Assembly: GCA_964393745.1 (NCBI GenBank)
Contig: CAYMVA010000127.1
Span: 2,046-66,045 of the forward strand
DNA length: 64,000 nt
Origin: an uncultured Enterobacteriaceae bacterium
GTDB taxonomy: Bacteria; Pseudomonadota; Gammaproteobacteria; Burkholderiales; SG8-39
Direction of reading: 5' to 3'
Within the stretch, counting starts at the first letter, position 1. Each line of letters opens with the position of its first letter. Below the pieces are notes generated by a model. The model was not told the DNA's origin and searched no databases. It was given only the letters and a program-made list of their open reading frames with translations. Below, piece after piece: positions 37,331 to 47,350 of this stretch. A program made the position numbers and the translations under genes.

Positions 37331-38126
37331 GGGCGATGCGGACGTAAATCGGCGAGTAGGGCTCCGCCTGTGTGATGTCGAGGAGCGATTCCCGTGCTAA
37401 CTCGAGCAGCGCGAGGAACGTCACCACCAGCACGGCGACACCGCGCGATGGCTCGAACAACTCGAGGAACTCGAGCACGCGGTGCTCCCGCAGGCGGCGC
37501 AGGATCTGGCTCATGTGCTCGCGCACCGACAGCTCCTCGCGCAATACGCGGTGATGCGCCGAGAGCCGCGCGCGATACAGCAGCGTGCGCCACGCCTCGG
37601 CGAGGTCGGGCGGGTGCACCTCCGGCAGCCGCTCGCTCAGGGTGCGCTCGATCCACACCGAGATCGCGATCACCTCGCGTCCCGCCTGCGGCAGCGCGTC
37701 GAGCTTCTGCGCCGCCTGCTTCATCCTTTCGTATTCGAGCAGCCGGCGCACCAGCTCGGCCCTCGGGTCCGCCTCCTCCTCGCTCGCGGCGGGCGGCCGC
37801 GGCAGCAGCATGCGCGACTTGATCGCCATCAGCATCGCCGCCATCACCAGGTAGTCCGCCGCCAACTCGAGGTTCTTGGCGCGCATCAGCTCGACGTAAT
37901 CGAGGTATTGCCGCGTGAGCGGCGCCATGGCGATGTCGAGGATGTCGAGGTTCTGCTTGCGGATCAGGTACAGCAGCAGGTCGAGCGGTCCCTGGAACGC
38001 CTCGAGCATGATTTCGAGCGCATCCGGCGGGATGTACAGGTCCGCCGGCAGCTCGATCATCGGCTCGCCGTAGATGCGTGCGACCGGATGCGGGATGGTT
38101 CCCTGCGGCGCTGCTTCGCTCATCAA
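37314..38126 (-). CDS. scpA: Segregation and condensation protein A
   Basis: 270-aa ORF with [22 protein letters not shown], characteristic of ScpA. Confidence 0.9.
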   Translation of the reverse strand: MMSEAAPQGTIPHPVARIYGEPMIELPADLYIPPDALEIMLEAFQGPLDLLLYLIRKQNLDILDIAMAPLTRQYLDYVELMRAKNLELAADYLVMAAMLMAIKSRMLLPRPPAASEEEADPRAELVRRLLEYERMKQAAQKLDALPQAGREVIAISVWIERTLSERLPEVHPPDLAEAWRTLLYRARLSAHHRVLREELSVREHMSQILRRLREHRVLEFLELFEPSRGVAVLVVTFLALLELARESLLDITQAEPYSPIYVRIAHAEPH

Positions 38127-39325
38127 CTGTAGTCCAGGCCCATTGCCTCGCGCACCTCGCGCATGGTTTCACCCGCCAGCTTGCGCGCCTTGTCGCAGCC
38201 GTCGGCGATGATGTTCTTCACCAGCGTCGGATCATCCAGGTAAGTCTGCGCGCGCTCGCGTATCGGCGCCAGCTCGACCAGCATGTTCTGGATCACCGGC
38301 TGCTTGCACTCCAGGCAGCCGATGCCGGCAGTGGTGCAGCCCTTATGCACCCACTGCCGCAGCGTCTCGTCGGAATACACCAGGTGCAGCTGCCACACCG
38401 GGCAGCGCTCGGGGTTGCCCGCATCGCTGCGCTTCACGCGCGCCGGGTCGGTCGGCATGGTGCGGATCTTCTTGCTCACCTGCTCGGGCTCCTCGCGCAG
38501 CGCGATCGCGTTGCCGTAGGACTTGGACATCTTCTGCCCGTCGAGGCCCGGCATTTTCGCCGCCTCGGTGAGCAGCGCCTCGGGCTCTACCAGGATGTGC
38601 CGCCCGCCGCCCTCGAGCCAGCCGTACAAGCGCTCTCGGTCTCCGTGCGGCAGGTTCTGCTGCTCCTCGAGCAGCGCCCGCGCGCGCGCCAAGGAGTCGT
38701 TGTCGCCGCCCTCGATGAACTTGGTGCGCAGCTCGTTGAAAAGGCGCGCTTTTTTGGAGCCCATTTTCTTCACCGCGGCCTTGGCCTTATCCTCGAAACC
38801 CGCCTCGCGGCCGTACAGATGGTTGAAGCGGCGCGCCACCTCGCGCGTGAACTCCACGTGCGGCACCTGGTCCTCGCCCACCGGAACGTAGCGCGCACGG
38901 TAGATCAGGATGTCGGCCGCCTGCAGCAGCGGGTAGCCGAGAAAGCCGTAGGTCGAGAGATCACGGTCGCTGAGCTTTTCGCGCTGGTCCTTGTAGCTCG
39001 GCACGCGCTCCAGCCAGCCCAGCGGCGCCATCATGGACAAGAGCAGATGCAGCTCGGCGTGCTCCGGCACCAGCGACTGCACGAACAGCGTCGCCTGGTT
39101 CGGGTCGACGCCCGAGGCGAGCCAGTCGACCACCATTTCGGTGCCCGTCTTCTGCAGATCGCCCGGCGCTTCGTAATCGGTGGTGAGCGCGTGCCAGTCG
39201 GCGACGAAGAAAAGGCACGGGTATTCGGATTGCAGCTTGACCCAATTCTTCAACACGCCGTGGTAATGCCCCAGGTGCAGCGCGCCGGTGGGCCGCATGC
39301 CTGAGAGAACTCGGGTCTCGAACAC
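38123..39325 (-). CDS. trpS: Tryptophan--tRNA ligase (long form)
   Basis: 400-aa ORF with a HIGH-type motif (GALHLGHY) and KMSKS. Confidence 0.94.
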   Translation of the reverse strand: MFETRVLSGMRPTGALHLGHYHGVLKNWVKLQSEYPCLFFVADWHALTTDYEAPGDLQKTGTEMVVDWLASGVDPNQATLFVQSLVPEHAELHLLLSMMAPLGWLERVPSYKDQREKLSDRDLSTYGFLGYPLLQAADILIYRARYVPVGEDQVPHVEFTREVARRFNHLYGREAGFEDKAKAAVKKMGSKKARLFNELRTKFIEGGDNDSLARARALLEEQQNLPHGDRERLYGWLEGGGRHILVEPEALLTEAAKMPGLDGQKMSKSYGNAIALREEPEQVSKKIRTMPTDPARVKRSDAGNPERCPVWQLHLVYSDETLRQWVHKGCTTAGIGCLECKQPVIQNMLVELAPIRERAQTYLDDPTLVKNIIADGCDKARKLAGETMREVREAMGLDYS

Positions 39326-39338
39326 GCCGCGCGCGCTT

Positions 39339-39992
39339 CTAGAGGAAAACCGCGCTGCGCAGCAGCGCCACCGAGTGCGTCACCAGCGGCCCGAGAATGC
39401 CGTCCAGCACGTTGGTCACCAGGAGCAGCAGCAGCACCGGCAGGCCCCAGGGCTCGAGCTTCGAGTACTGCCACGCCATGCGGTCAGGCAGCAGGCTTGT
39501 CAGGATGCGCCCTCCGTCGAGCGGCAGGATAGGCAGCAGGTTGAGGAACATGAACACCAGGTTCACGACGATGCCGGCCTTCGCCATCTCGGCCATCGGC
39601 GAGGTGAAGAAATTCAACGGCAGCTCTAGGGCGAGCTTGAGCAGCAGCGCCCAGCCGAGCGCCATCGCCAGGTTGGCGCCCGGGCCGGCGGCCGCCACCC
39701 AGGCCATGTGCTGCTTCGGGCGCCTGAGCGCTGAGTAATTGACCGGCACCGGCTTCGCCCAGCCGAACACGAACCTGCCGCCAGAGAGCACCAGGAGCAC
39801 GATCGGGATGACGATCGTGCCGACGATATCGATGTGCCGCACCGGGTTGAGGCTGATGCGGCCCTGCGCGTAGGCAGTCAGGTCGCCGAAATGGCGCGCG
39901 ACATAGCCGTGCGCCGCTTCATGCAGCGTGATCGCGAACAGCACCGGCAACGCATAGATCGCGACCGATTGGACAATCTGGGAAAGATCCAT
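39339..39992 (-). CDS. Site-2 protease family (M50) membrane metalloprotease
   Basis: 217-aa multi-TM ORF with HEAAHG near the N-terminus and a later LLPILPLDGG motif. Confidence 0.85.
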   Translation of the reverse strand: MDLSQIVQSVAIYALPVLFAITLHEAAHGYVARHFGDLTAYAQGRISLNPVRHIDIVGTIVIPIVLLVLSGGRFVFGWAKPVPVNYSALRRPKQHMAWVAAAGPGANLAMALGWALLLKLALELPLNFFTSPMAEMAKAGIVVNLVFMFLNLLPILPLDGGRILTSLLPDRMAWQYSKLEPWGLPVLLLLLVTNVLDGILGPLVTHSVALLRSAVFL

Positions 39993-40010
39993 CGAAGGGG
40001 GCGAATTTTA

Positions 40011-40670
40011 TCAGAGCGCTATTTCGCGCCCGGTTGCCGCAGCATCGGCGATGCCGAGGCGGCCGAGCGCGCCGCGGCCTTGGCGCACGACCTGCGGCTC
40101 AGCGGCGGTGAGGTCGATCACTGTGGTCGGCTCGATGCCGCAGGACCCAGAGTCGATCACCAGGTCGAGCTCACGCTCGAGGCGCGCGCGGATCTCGCGC
40201 GCATCGGATAGCGGTGCCAGGTCGCCCGGTAGCGACAGCGTCGCGGAGAGCATCGGCTCGTTCAGTTCCACGAGCAGGGCGTGCGCCACCGGGTGCTCCG
40301 GCACTCGCACGCCGATGGTCCTGCGGCGCGGGTGCAGCAGCCGCCGCGGCACCGCGCGCGTCGCGCGCAGGATAAAGGTGTAGGCGCCGGGCGTCGCCGA
40401 CTTGAGCAGGCGGAACTGAATGTTGTCTACGATGGCGTAGCTTCCGATCTCGGACAGGTCGCGGCACATCAGCGTCAGGTGGTGCTTTTCGTCCACGCCG
40501 CGCACGCGCCGCAGCCGGGCGAGCGCGCGCGCGTCGCCCAAGTGGCAGCCGAGCGCGTAGCAGGAGTCGGTAGGGTAGGCGATCAGGCCGCCGTTGCGCA
40601 CGATCTCCGCGGCCTGGCGCACCAGGCGCGCCTGCGGGTGGGTGGCGTGGACCTCGAAGTACTGCGCCAA
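40011..40670 (-). CDS. L-threonylcarbamoyladenylate synthase family protein (YciO/YrdC/Sua5 fold)
   Basis: ..RLVRQAAEIVRNGGLIAYPTDSCYALGC.. matches the YrdC-domain N-terminus. The probable start is TTG 40670 ((M)AQYFEVH..). The tracked ORF extends to 40712. Confidence 0.82.
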   Translation of the reverse strand: MAQYFEVHATHPQARLVRQAAEIVRNGGLIAYPTDSCYALGCHLGDARALARLRRVRGVDEKHHLTLMCRDLSEIGSYAIVDNIQFRLLKSATPGAYTFILRATRAVPRRLLHPRRRTIGVRVPEHPVAHALLVELNEPMLSATLSLPGDLAPLSDAREIRARLERELDLVIDSGSCGIEPTTVIDLTAAEPQVVRQGRGALGRLGIADAAATGREIAL

Positions 40671-40745
40671 GTCAGAATCCTGCGCGGCGCCGCATCGGCG
40701 CGAGCGCGCCATCGGAGGCGGTCGAGTGACAGTGCAAATCGATGT

Positions 40746-41621
40746 TCACGCCGTCTCGAGCAGAAAATCCTCGATCAGCTGCGCCACCTTCTCCGGCTGA
40801 TCGTGATGCAGCATGTGGCCGGCCTCGGTAACCGTTTGGTAGCGCAGCTTGGCGAACGCGGCGCGGCGCGCGGCGTGCTCCTCTGCCGTCAGGCCCATGC
40901 GCTTGAGCGTATCGGACTCCGCGGCGTCCACCCAGAGCACCGGCGCCGTCACGCGCTGCCAGCAGGCATGCGATTCCTCGACCCGGTAGAGGGTGGCATT
41001 CACGATTTTGTGCGCCGGGTCGCTGCGCAGCACCACCTTGCCGTCGCCGGTTTCCTTGCCCCAGTGCCGGGCGAGGAACTCGGCCCGCTCGCGCGTCAGC
41101 CGCGAGTTGTTCTGCTGCATGCGGTCGGCGAGCGCGCCGTAGCTGTCGTAAGGCCGCAGCTTGGGTTGCGCGCGCAATTCGTCCATCCAGCGCGCATAGC
41201 GCCTGGGCGCCTGCTCGGCACGCGTCGCCGACATGCCGAAGCCTTCGAGGTTCACCAGCTTGGCGACGCGTTCGGGGCGGATGCCCGCATACAAGCTGGC
41301 GACGTTGCCGCCGAGGCTGTGGCCTACAAGATTGACCGGCGCACCGGGTTGGATGCGCTCGAGCAGCATGTCCAGGTCGCCTATGTAATCCGCGAACCAG
41401 TAGCAGTCGGCGCCCGACCACGCCGACAGGCCGTAGCCGCGCCAGTCCGGCGCCAGAACATCCCAGTCGGCGGCGAGCGCATCCACCAGGAACTGGAACG
41501 ATGCCGAGACGTCCATCCAGCCGTGCAGCAGCACCATGCGGCGCGCCACGGCGCCCTTCCAGTGGCGCACGTGATAGCGCAGTCCGCGGAGGTCGAAAAA
41601 CAGCGATTCACTGGCACGCAT
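40746..41621 (-). CDS. Alpha/beta-fold hydrolase
   Basis: 291-aa ORF with an HGW oxyanion region (VLLHGWMD) and nucleophile elbow GHSLGG. Specific function is not assignable. Confidence 0.8.
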   Translation of the reverse strand: MRASESLFFDLRGLRYHVRHWKGAVARRMVLLHGWMDVSASFQFLVDALAADWDVLAPDWRGYGLSAWSGADCYWFADYIGDLDMLLERIQPGAPVNLVGHSLGGNVASLYAGIRPERVAKLVNLEGFGMSATRAEQAPRRYARWMDELRAQPKLRPYDSYGALADRMQQNNSRLTRERAEFLARHWGKETGDGKVVLRSDPAHKIVNATLYRVEESHACWQRVTAPVLWVDAAESDTLKRMGLTAEEHAARRAAFAKLRYQTVTEAGHMLHHDQPEKVAQLIEDFLLETA

Positions 41622-41665
41622 GGCGGGCGCTATGATAGCGGCCCTTTCAGCGCCGCAACGAAACC

Positions 41666-42211
41666 ATGGCCGTTTTTTCCCTCGGCGAGCGCCGCGCAGA
41701 ATTCCGCGGCGAGCACCATTTCATCGCCCACGACGCGGTGCTCGCGGGCTCGGTGATCCTCGAGAACGAAGTAAGCGTCTGGTACGGCGTCGTGATCCGC
41801 GCAGACAACGACCGCATCCATATCGGCGCGCAAAGCAACATTCAGGACGGGGCCATATTGCACGTCGATCCAGGTTACCCGCTGACGCTCGGCGCGCGAG
41901 TGAGCGTCGGCCACAAGGCGATGCTGCACGGCTGCAGCGTAGGCGACGGCACCCTGATCGGCATCAACAGCGTGGTGCTGAACGGCGCCAAAATCGGCGC
42001 CGGAACTCTCATCGGCGCCAACACCCTGATCGCCGAAGGCAAGGAGATTCCGCCCGGGGTGCTGGTGGTGGGCTCGCCCGGCAAGGTGCTGCGCGAGCTC
42101 CGGCCTGAGGAACGCGCGCTGCTGGAAAAAATCGCCGCCGGCTACGTCGAGCGCGGCAAGCTCTTCCGCCGCGAGCTTCGCGAGCAGTCGCTGCCGCCCT
42201 CCGCTCGCTGA
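41666..42211 (+). CDS. Gamma-carbonic-anhydrase-like / hexapeptide-repeat protein (YrdA/PaaY family)
   Basis: 181-aa ORF with left-handed beta-helix repeats and His residues in the gamma-CA pattern (..IQDGAILHVD.., ..VGHKAMLHGC..). Confidence 0.85.
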   Translation: MAVFSLGERRAEFRGEHHFIAHDAVLAGSVILENEVSVWYGVVIRADNDRIHIGAQSNIQDGAILHVDPGYPLTLGARVSVGHKAMLHGCSVGDGTLIGINSVVLNGAKIGAGTLIGANTLIAEGKEIPPGVLVVGSPGKVLRELRPEERALLEKIAAGYVERGKLFRRELREQSLPPSAR

Positions 42212-42216
42212 CGCAG

Positions 42217-42978
42217 TTACCTCGGCGCCATGCGAATGGCGCCATCCAGGCGAATGGTTTCGCCGTTCAGCATCTCGTTCTCTACGATGTGGCGCGCGAG
42301 CGCCGCGTATTCCACCGGGTTGCCCAGGCGCGAGGGGAACGGCACTTGCTTGCCGAGCGACTCCTGCGCCTCCTTCGGCAGCCCGAGCAGCATCGGCGTG
42401 AGGAACAGGCCCGGCGCGATGGTGACCACGCGGATGCCGTTGCGCGACAGGTCGCGCGCGATCGGCAGCGTCATGCCGACAATGCCGCCTTTGGAGGCTG
42501 AGTAGGCCGCCTGGCCAATCTGGCCATCGAACGCCGCCACCGATGCCGTATTGACGATGACGCCGCGCTCGCCCGCCGCGTTGGGCCCAGCCTTCGCCAT
42601 GGCATCGGCGGCCAGCCGAATCATGTTGAAGGTGCCGATCAGGTTGATGTTGATGACGCGCGTGAAGTTGGCGAGGTTGTGCGGTGCGTCCTTGCCGATG
42701 GTGCGCTCGGCGACGCCGATGCCGGCGCAGTTGACCAGCACATGCAGGCCGCCGTACTCCTTCAGCGCGAGCGCCACCGCCGCCTGGCCATCGGCTTCCC
42801 TGGTGACGTCGCACTTGATGAACTTGCAGCCGAGTTCCTTGGCGTGCTTCTCGCCGGTTTCGACCTGCAGATCGGCGATCACCACCTTGCCGCCGTTTTC
42901 CGCGGCCATGCGCGCAGTGGCTCCGCCCAGGCCCGAGGCGCCGCCGGTGACGAGGAAAACGCTGTTCTTGATCTGCAT
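42217..42978 (-). CDS. Short-chain dehydrogenase, 3-hydroxyacyl-CoA dehydrogenase type-2-like
   Basis: 253-aa ORF with TGGASGLG and the catalytic YSASK. Overall it resembles HSD17B10/FadB2-type SDRs. Confidence 0.85.
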   Translation of the reverse strand: MQIKNSVFLVTGGASGLGGATARMAAENGGKVVIADLQVETGEKHAKELGCKFIKCDVTREADGQAAVALALKEYGGLHVLVNCAGIGVAERTIGKDAPHNLANFTRVININLIGTFNMIRLAADAMAKAGPNAAGERGVIVNTASVAAFDGQIGQAAYSASKGGIVGMTLPIARDLSRNGIRVVTIAPGLFLTPMLLGLPKEAQESLGKQVPFPSRLGNPVEYAALARHIVENEMLNGETIRLDGAIRMAPR

Positions 42979-43036
42979 GTGGACTCCGATGAAATGACCG
43001 GTGGAATAAGGCGGCGATTATAATTCACGCCCCTCC

Positions 43037-46000
43037 ATGGCGCGCCTCGGTTTCGATCTTTCATTCGAGCAGCTCTACCGGCGCGACGGCCTGGAGCGCG
43101 TGGACGCGGCGTTCCTGCAGTTCCTCGGCGAAGCCGATGCGCCGCTGCGCGATCGGCTGCTCGCGGCGCGCGCCAACCCGCAACGGCTCGCCGCCAAATC
43201 CGAATCCGATCTGCTGATCGCGCTTGCGCCGCATCTGGACGACTTTCTCGCGCGGCTGTTCGCGATCGAGGCCGAAGCGCAGGCGCTGGCCGCGCGCCAC
43301 CACAACTTCGCCCCGCTGTATTCGGTCAAGCGCCTGTTCGTGCAGCGCCGCGCCTTGCACAAGGTCAAGCCCGAGGAGGCCGCGGCGCTAGACGGCACCG
43401 CAGTGGAACAGGAACTGCGCGCGCTGTTCGACGGGCAGTTCACCGAGCTCGCGTTCGCGCGCCACGTCACCGAATGGCAGAAAGACGAGGCCGCCAATGG
43501 CGGGCGGCTCGAGCTCGCGGCGCGCTACGCGGCTTGGGCTGCGACCACGCCCGAAGGTAGGGCCAAGCACCGTGGCGGCGTGCTTTTCAAGGCGCCGCGC
43601 AAGCTCGACTACATGCGCCTGGTGCCGGTGAAAACCGACGACTCGCGCGGCTACGCGCGCCATTCGCTCGCGCACCTGCGGCGCCGCGAGGGTTTCGCGC
43701 TTACCGATCCGGGAACGGACCTCGTGGGCGCGCTCGACCAGGCGAACTACTGCATCTGGTGCCACGAGCAGGGCAAGGACTCCTGCTCCAAGGGGCTGAA
43801 AGAGAAGGCGCCGGCGACCGGCTACCGCAAGTCGCCGCTGGGGACCGCGCTCGCCGGCTGCCCGCTGGAGGAGAAGATCTCCGAGTTCCATCTGGTCAAG
43901 GCGCGCGGCCAGGCGCTCGCCGCGCTGGCGATGATCTGCGTCGATAATCCGATGGTCGCCGCCACCGGCCACCGCATCTGCAACGACTGCATGAAGGCCT
44001 GCATCTACCAGAAGCAGGAGCCGGTCGATATCCCGCAGGCGGAGACGCGGACCCTCAAGGACATACTCGGGCTGCCCTGGGGCTTCGAGATTTACTCGCT
44101 GCTCACGCGTTGGAACCCGCTCAACGTGCACCGCCCGCTGCCGTTGCCGGACACAGGCCGCAAGGTGCTGGTGGTAGGCCTCGGCCCCGCTGGCTTCACG
44201 CTGGCGCACCACTTGATGAACGACGGCCACACCGTGGTCGGCATCGACGGCCTCAAGATCGAGCCTCTGCCGGCAGCGCTCTCTGGCGTGGACGCGCTCA
44301 GCCGGCGCTTGGCGTTCGAGCCGGTGCGCGATGCGCTCGATCTCTACGAGCCGCTCGACAAGCGCGCCATGGCCGGCTTCGGCGGCGTCGCCGAGTACGG
44401 CATCCCGGTGCGCTGGGACAAGAACTTCCTCAAGCTGGTGCGGCTGCTGCTCGAGCGCCGCGCCGAGTTCGCCATGTTCGGCGGCGTGCGCTTCGGCGGC
44501 ACGCTCGCGCTCGAGGACGCCTGGGCGCTCGGCTTCGACCATGTCGCGCTATGCGTCGGTGCGGGCGGCCCCACGGTGCTCGACATTCCCAACGGCCTGG
44601 CGCGCGGCGTGCGCGCCGCCTCCGACTTCCTCATGGCGCTGCAATTGACCGGCGCGGCGAAGCAGGATTCGATCGCCAACATGCAGCTGCGCCTGCCGGT
44701 GGTGGTGATCGGCGGCGGGCTCACGGCGATCGACGCCGCCACCGAGTCGCTCGCCTACTACGTGGCGCAGGTGGAGAAATTCCTCGCGCACTACGAGGCG
44801 CTTTCGAAGGAGAGCGGCGAGGACGCGATCCGCGCCGGCTGGGACGACTACGAGCGCGAGATCGCCGAGGAATTCCTGGCGCACGCGCGCGCGATCCGCG
44901 GCGAGCGCCGGGAGGCAGCGCGCGAAGGCCACGCGCCGCGCATCGTGGAGCTGTTGCAGCACTGGGGCGGGGTGACGATCGCCTACCGCCGGCGCCTCGT
45001 GGACAGCCCCTCTTACACGCTCAACCACGAGGAGGTGGAGAAAGCGCTCGAGGAAGGCATCTGGTTCGCCGAGAACCTCGCTCCCGTCGCCGTCGATGTG
45101 GACCACTACGGCGCGGCGCGCGGCATCCGCCTCAAGCACGCGCCCAGCGGCAAGGAGCACTGGCTCCCCGCGCACACGGTGTTCGTCGCCGCGGGCACGC
45201 AGCCGAACACGGTGCTCGCGCGCGAGCACGCGACAGAGTTCACGCTGGACGGGAAGTATTTCGCCGCTTGCGACGAAGCGGGCAATCCGGTCAAGCCGCA
45301 GCCCTCCACTTCCAAGCCCGATGCGGTACGCGTGCTGCTCTCGCGGCAGGCCGACGGCCGCTGCGTCAGCTTCTTCGGTGACGTGCATCCGTCCTATTTC
45401 GGCAACGTCGTCAAGGCGATGGGCTCGGCGAAGCAGGGCTACCCAGTGGTGTCGCGCGTGCTCGGCGCGCGCGCGCCCGCAAGCAATGCGTCGCGCCAAC
45501 CATTTTTCGCCGCGCTCGCCGGCCAGCTCGTGGCGACGGTCGAGCGCGTAGAGCGCCTCACGCCTACGATCGTAGAGGTCGTGATGCGCGCGCCGCTCGC
45601 CGCACGCAAATTCCGTCCCGGCCAGTTCTACCGGCTGCAGAACTTCGAGTCGCTCGCCCCCGTGGTGCACGGCACGCGCATGCAGATGGAAGGCCTCGCC
45701 ATGACCGGCGCCTGGATGGACCGCGACCAGGGCCTGGTGTCGATCATCGCGCTCGAGATGGGCGGCTCGAGCGACCTGTGCGCGATGCTGCAGCCGGGCG
45801 AGCCGGTGATCCTGATGGGACCTACCGGCGCGCCTACCGAAACTCCCGGCGGCGAGACCGTGGTGCTGTGCGGCGGCGGGCTGGGCAACGCGGTGCTGTT
45901 CTCGATCGGCGCCGCGTTCCGCGCCGCCGGCTCGAAGGTGCTTTATTTCGCCGGCTACAAGAAGGTGCAGGACCGCTACAAGGTAAGCGAGATCGAGAAC

Positions 46001-46507
46001 GCCGCCGACGTCGTGGTCTGGTGCTGCGACGAGCAGCCCGGCTTCGAGCCGCGCCGGACGCAGGCCCTGCGCGTCATCGGCAACATCGTGCAGGCGATGG
46101 CCGCCTATGCCGCAGGGCGCCTGGGCAAGCCCGCGATCCGGCTCGAGGACGCCGACCGCATCATCGCCATCGGCTCCGACAGGATGATGGCGGCGGTGGC
46201 GCGCGCACGCCACGACCTGCTCAAGGGCCACCTCAACCCGCGCCACGTCGCCATCGGCTCGATCAATTCGCCGATGCAATGCATGATGAAGGAGATCTGC
46301 GCGCAGTGCCTGCAGCCGCACCGCGACCCGCAGACCGGCGAGACCAGCTACGTGTTCTCCTGCTTCAACCAGGACCAGCCCCTCGACCGCGTCGAGTTCG
46401 GCGTGCTGAACGATCGCCTGAAGCAGAACTCCCTCGCCGAGAAGCTCACCGCGAAGTGGCTGCGGCATTGCATGCCGGAGCTGAAGAAACAGCGTAAATT
46501 TGTGTAG
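43037..46507 (+). CDS. Large fused iron-sulfur flavoprotein: unknown N-domain + GltD/NfnB-like pyridine-nucleotide oxidoreductase + PyrK/NfnA-like FAD/NAD(P) 2Fe-2S domain
   Basis: 1156-aa ORF. Cys clusters CIWCHEQGKDSC and CNDCMKAC; two Rossmann motifs (VVGLGPAGF, VIGGGLTAID). The C-terminal ferredoxin-reductase-like part has PGQFYRL and CGGGLGNAVL, plus a terminal Cys motif CMMKEICAQC...SC. The first 230 aa or so match nothing I recognise. Confidence 0.8.
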   Translation: MARLGFDLSFEQLYRRDGLERVDAAFLQFLGEADAPLRDRLLAARANPQRLAAKSESDLLIALAPHLDDFLARLFAIEAEAQALAARHHNFAPLYSVKRLFVQRRALHKVKPEEAAALDGTAVEQELRALFDGQFTELAFARHVTEWQKDEAANGGRLELAARYAAWAATTPEGRAKHRGGVLFKAPRKLDYMRLVPVKTDDSRGYARHSLAHLRRREGFALTDPGTDLVGALDQANYCIWCHEQGKDSCSKGLKEKAPATGYRKSPLGTALAGCPLEEKISEFHLVKARGQALAALAMICVDNPMVAATGHRICNDCMKACIYQKQEPVDIPQAETRTLKDILGLPWGFEIYSLLTRWNPLNVHRPLPLPDTGRKVLVVGLGPAGFTLAHHLMNDGHTVVGIDGLKIEPLPAALSGVDALSRRLAFEPVRDALDLYEPLDKRAMAGFGGVAEYGIPVRWDKNFLKLVRLLLERRAEFAMFGGVRFGGTLALEDAWALGFDHVALCVGAGGPTVLDIPNGLARGVRAASDFLMALQLTGAAKQDSIANMQLRLPVVVIGGGLTAIDAATESLAYYVAQVEKFLAHYEALSKESGEDAIRAGWDDYEREIAEEFLAHARAIRGERREAAREGHAPRIVELLQHWGGVTIAYRRRLVDSPSYTLNHEEVEKALEEGIWFAENLAPVAVDVDHYGAARGIRLKHAPSGKEHWLPAHTVFVAAGTQPNTVLAREHATEFTLDGKYFAACDEAGNPVKPQPSTSKPDAVRVLLSRQADGRCVSFFGDVHPSYFGNVVKAMGSAKQGYPVVSRVLGARAPASNASRQPFFAALAGQLVATVERVERLTPTIVEVVMRAPLAARKFRPGQFYRLQNFESLAPVVHGTRMQMEGLAMTGAWMDRDQGLVSIIALEMGGSSDLCAMLQPGEPVILMGPTGAPTETPGGETVVLCGGGLGNAVLFSIGAAFRAAGSKVLYFAGYKKVQDRYKVSEIENAADVVVWCCDEQPGFEPRRTQALRVIGNIVQAMAAYAAGRLGKPAIRLEDADRIIAIGSDRMMAAVARARHDLLKGHLNPRHVAIGSINSPMQCMMKEICAQCLQPHRDPQTGETSYVFSCFNQDQPLDRVEFGVLNDRLKQNSLAEKLTAKWLRHCMPELKKQRKFV

Positions 46508-46528
46508 TAGCCGCGACTGATCGTAGTT

Positions 46529-47350
46529 ATGCCCGCCTACGCCAGGCCGACCCGCGTCGATGAAGCGCTGAAAGTACTTGCGCAGGGCGGTTGCGCGGTG
46601 CTCGCCGGCGGCACCGACCACTACCCGGCGCGGGTAGGGCGCGCGCCCGACGAAGACATCCTCGACCTCACCGCGATCCGCGAGCTGCGCGGCATCGCCG
46701 AGCGGCGTGACCACTGGCGTATCGGCGCGACCACCACCTGGACGGAGGTGATCGAAGCGAAGCTGCCGCCGCTGTTCGATTGCCTGAAATATGCGGCCCG
46801 CGAAGTAGGCGGCATGCAGATCCAGAACGCGGGCACGGTGGCCGGAAATCTATGCAACGCCTCGCCCGCCGCGGACGGCGTGCCGCCGCTGCTCGCGCTG
46901 GGCGCCAGCGTAGAACTCGCCAGCATTCAACGAAAGCGCACGCTGCCGCTTGCCGAGTTCATCACCGGCCCGAGGAAAACGGCACTGCGCCCGGGCGAGC
47001 TGCTGAGCGCGGTGCTGGTGCCGAAGCCCAAGCACGCCGCTCGCAGCGGCTTCCTCAAGCTCGGCGCGCGCAAGTATCTCGTCATTTCCATCGCCATGGC
47101 GGCCGGGGTGATCGAGCGCGATGGCGGCATCGTGCGCGCGGCGCGCATCGCCGTGGGTGCGTGCTCGCCCGTGGCGAAGCGGCTACCGGCGCTCGAAGCG
47201 GCGTTGATCGGCAAGCCGCTGAGCAGCGATCTGGCGCGGCCCGAGCATCTGGCGGTGCTCGCGCCGATCGACGACGTCCGCGGCAGCGCCGGGTATCGCA
47301 GCGAAGCAGCGCTGGTGCTGGTGCGCCGATTGTTGGACGAGCTCGCATGA
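46529..47350 (+). CDS. Xanthine dehydrogenase family FAD-binding subunit (CoxM/XdhB-like)
   Basis: 273-aa ORF with FAD_binding_5-type motifs (LAGGTD, NAGTVAGNLCNASPAAD) and a C-terminal CO-dehydrogenase flavoprotein domain (DVRGSAGYR). Confidence 0.9.
   Translation: MPAYARPTRVDEALKVLAQGGCAVLAGGTDHYPARVGRAPDEDILDLTAIRELRGIAERRDHWRIGATTTWTEVIEAKLPPLFDCLKYAAREVGGMQIQNAGTVAGNLCNASPAADGVPPLLALGASVELASIQRKRTLPLAEFITGPRKTALRPGELLSAVLVPKPKHAARSGFLKLGARKYLVISIAMAAGVIERDGGIVRAARIAVGACSPVAKRLPALEAALIGKPLSSDLARPEHLAVLAPIDDVRGSAGYRSEAALVLVRRLLDELA

Noticed and set aside
46490-46528. The end of the 1156-aa gene (AAA TTT GTG TAG tag ccg cga ctg..) as a fourth copy of the junction element, because it also ends in GTG + stop
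   Set aside because: Beyond GTGTA the similarity to the 35-nt element is weak and there is no palindrome. Val + stop alone is not informative.
44549-46714. A 721-aa antisense ORF opposite the large flavoprotein. Similar long antisense ORFs occur at 49947..51599, 60592..62292, 24572..25762, 48241..49812, 43388..44542 and 59111..60472.
   Set aside because: All of them mirror strongly supported sense genes, lack motifs, and have shadow-ORF composition.
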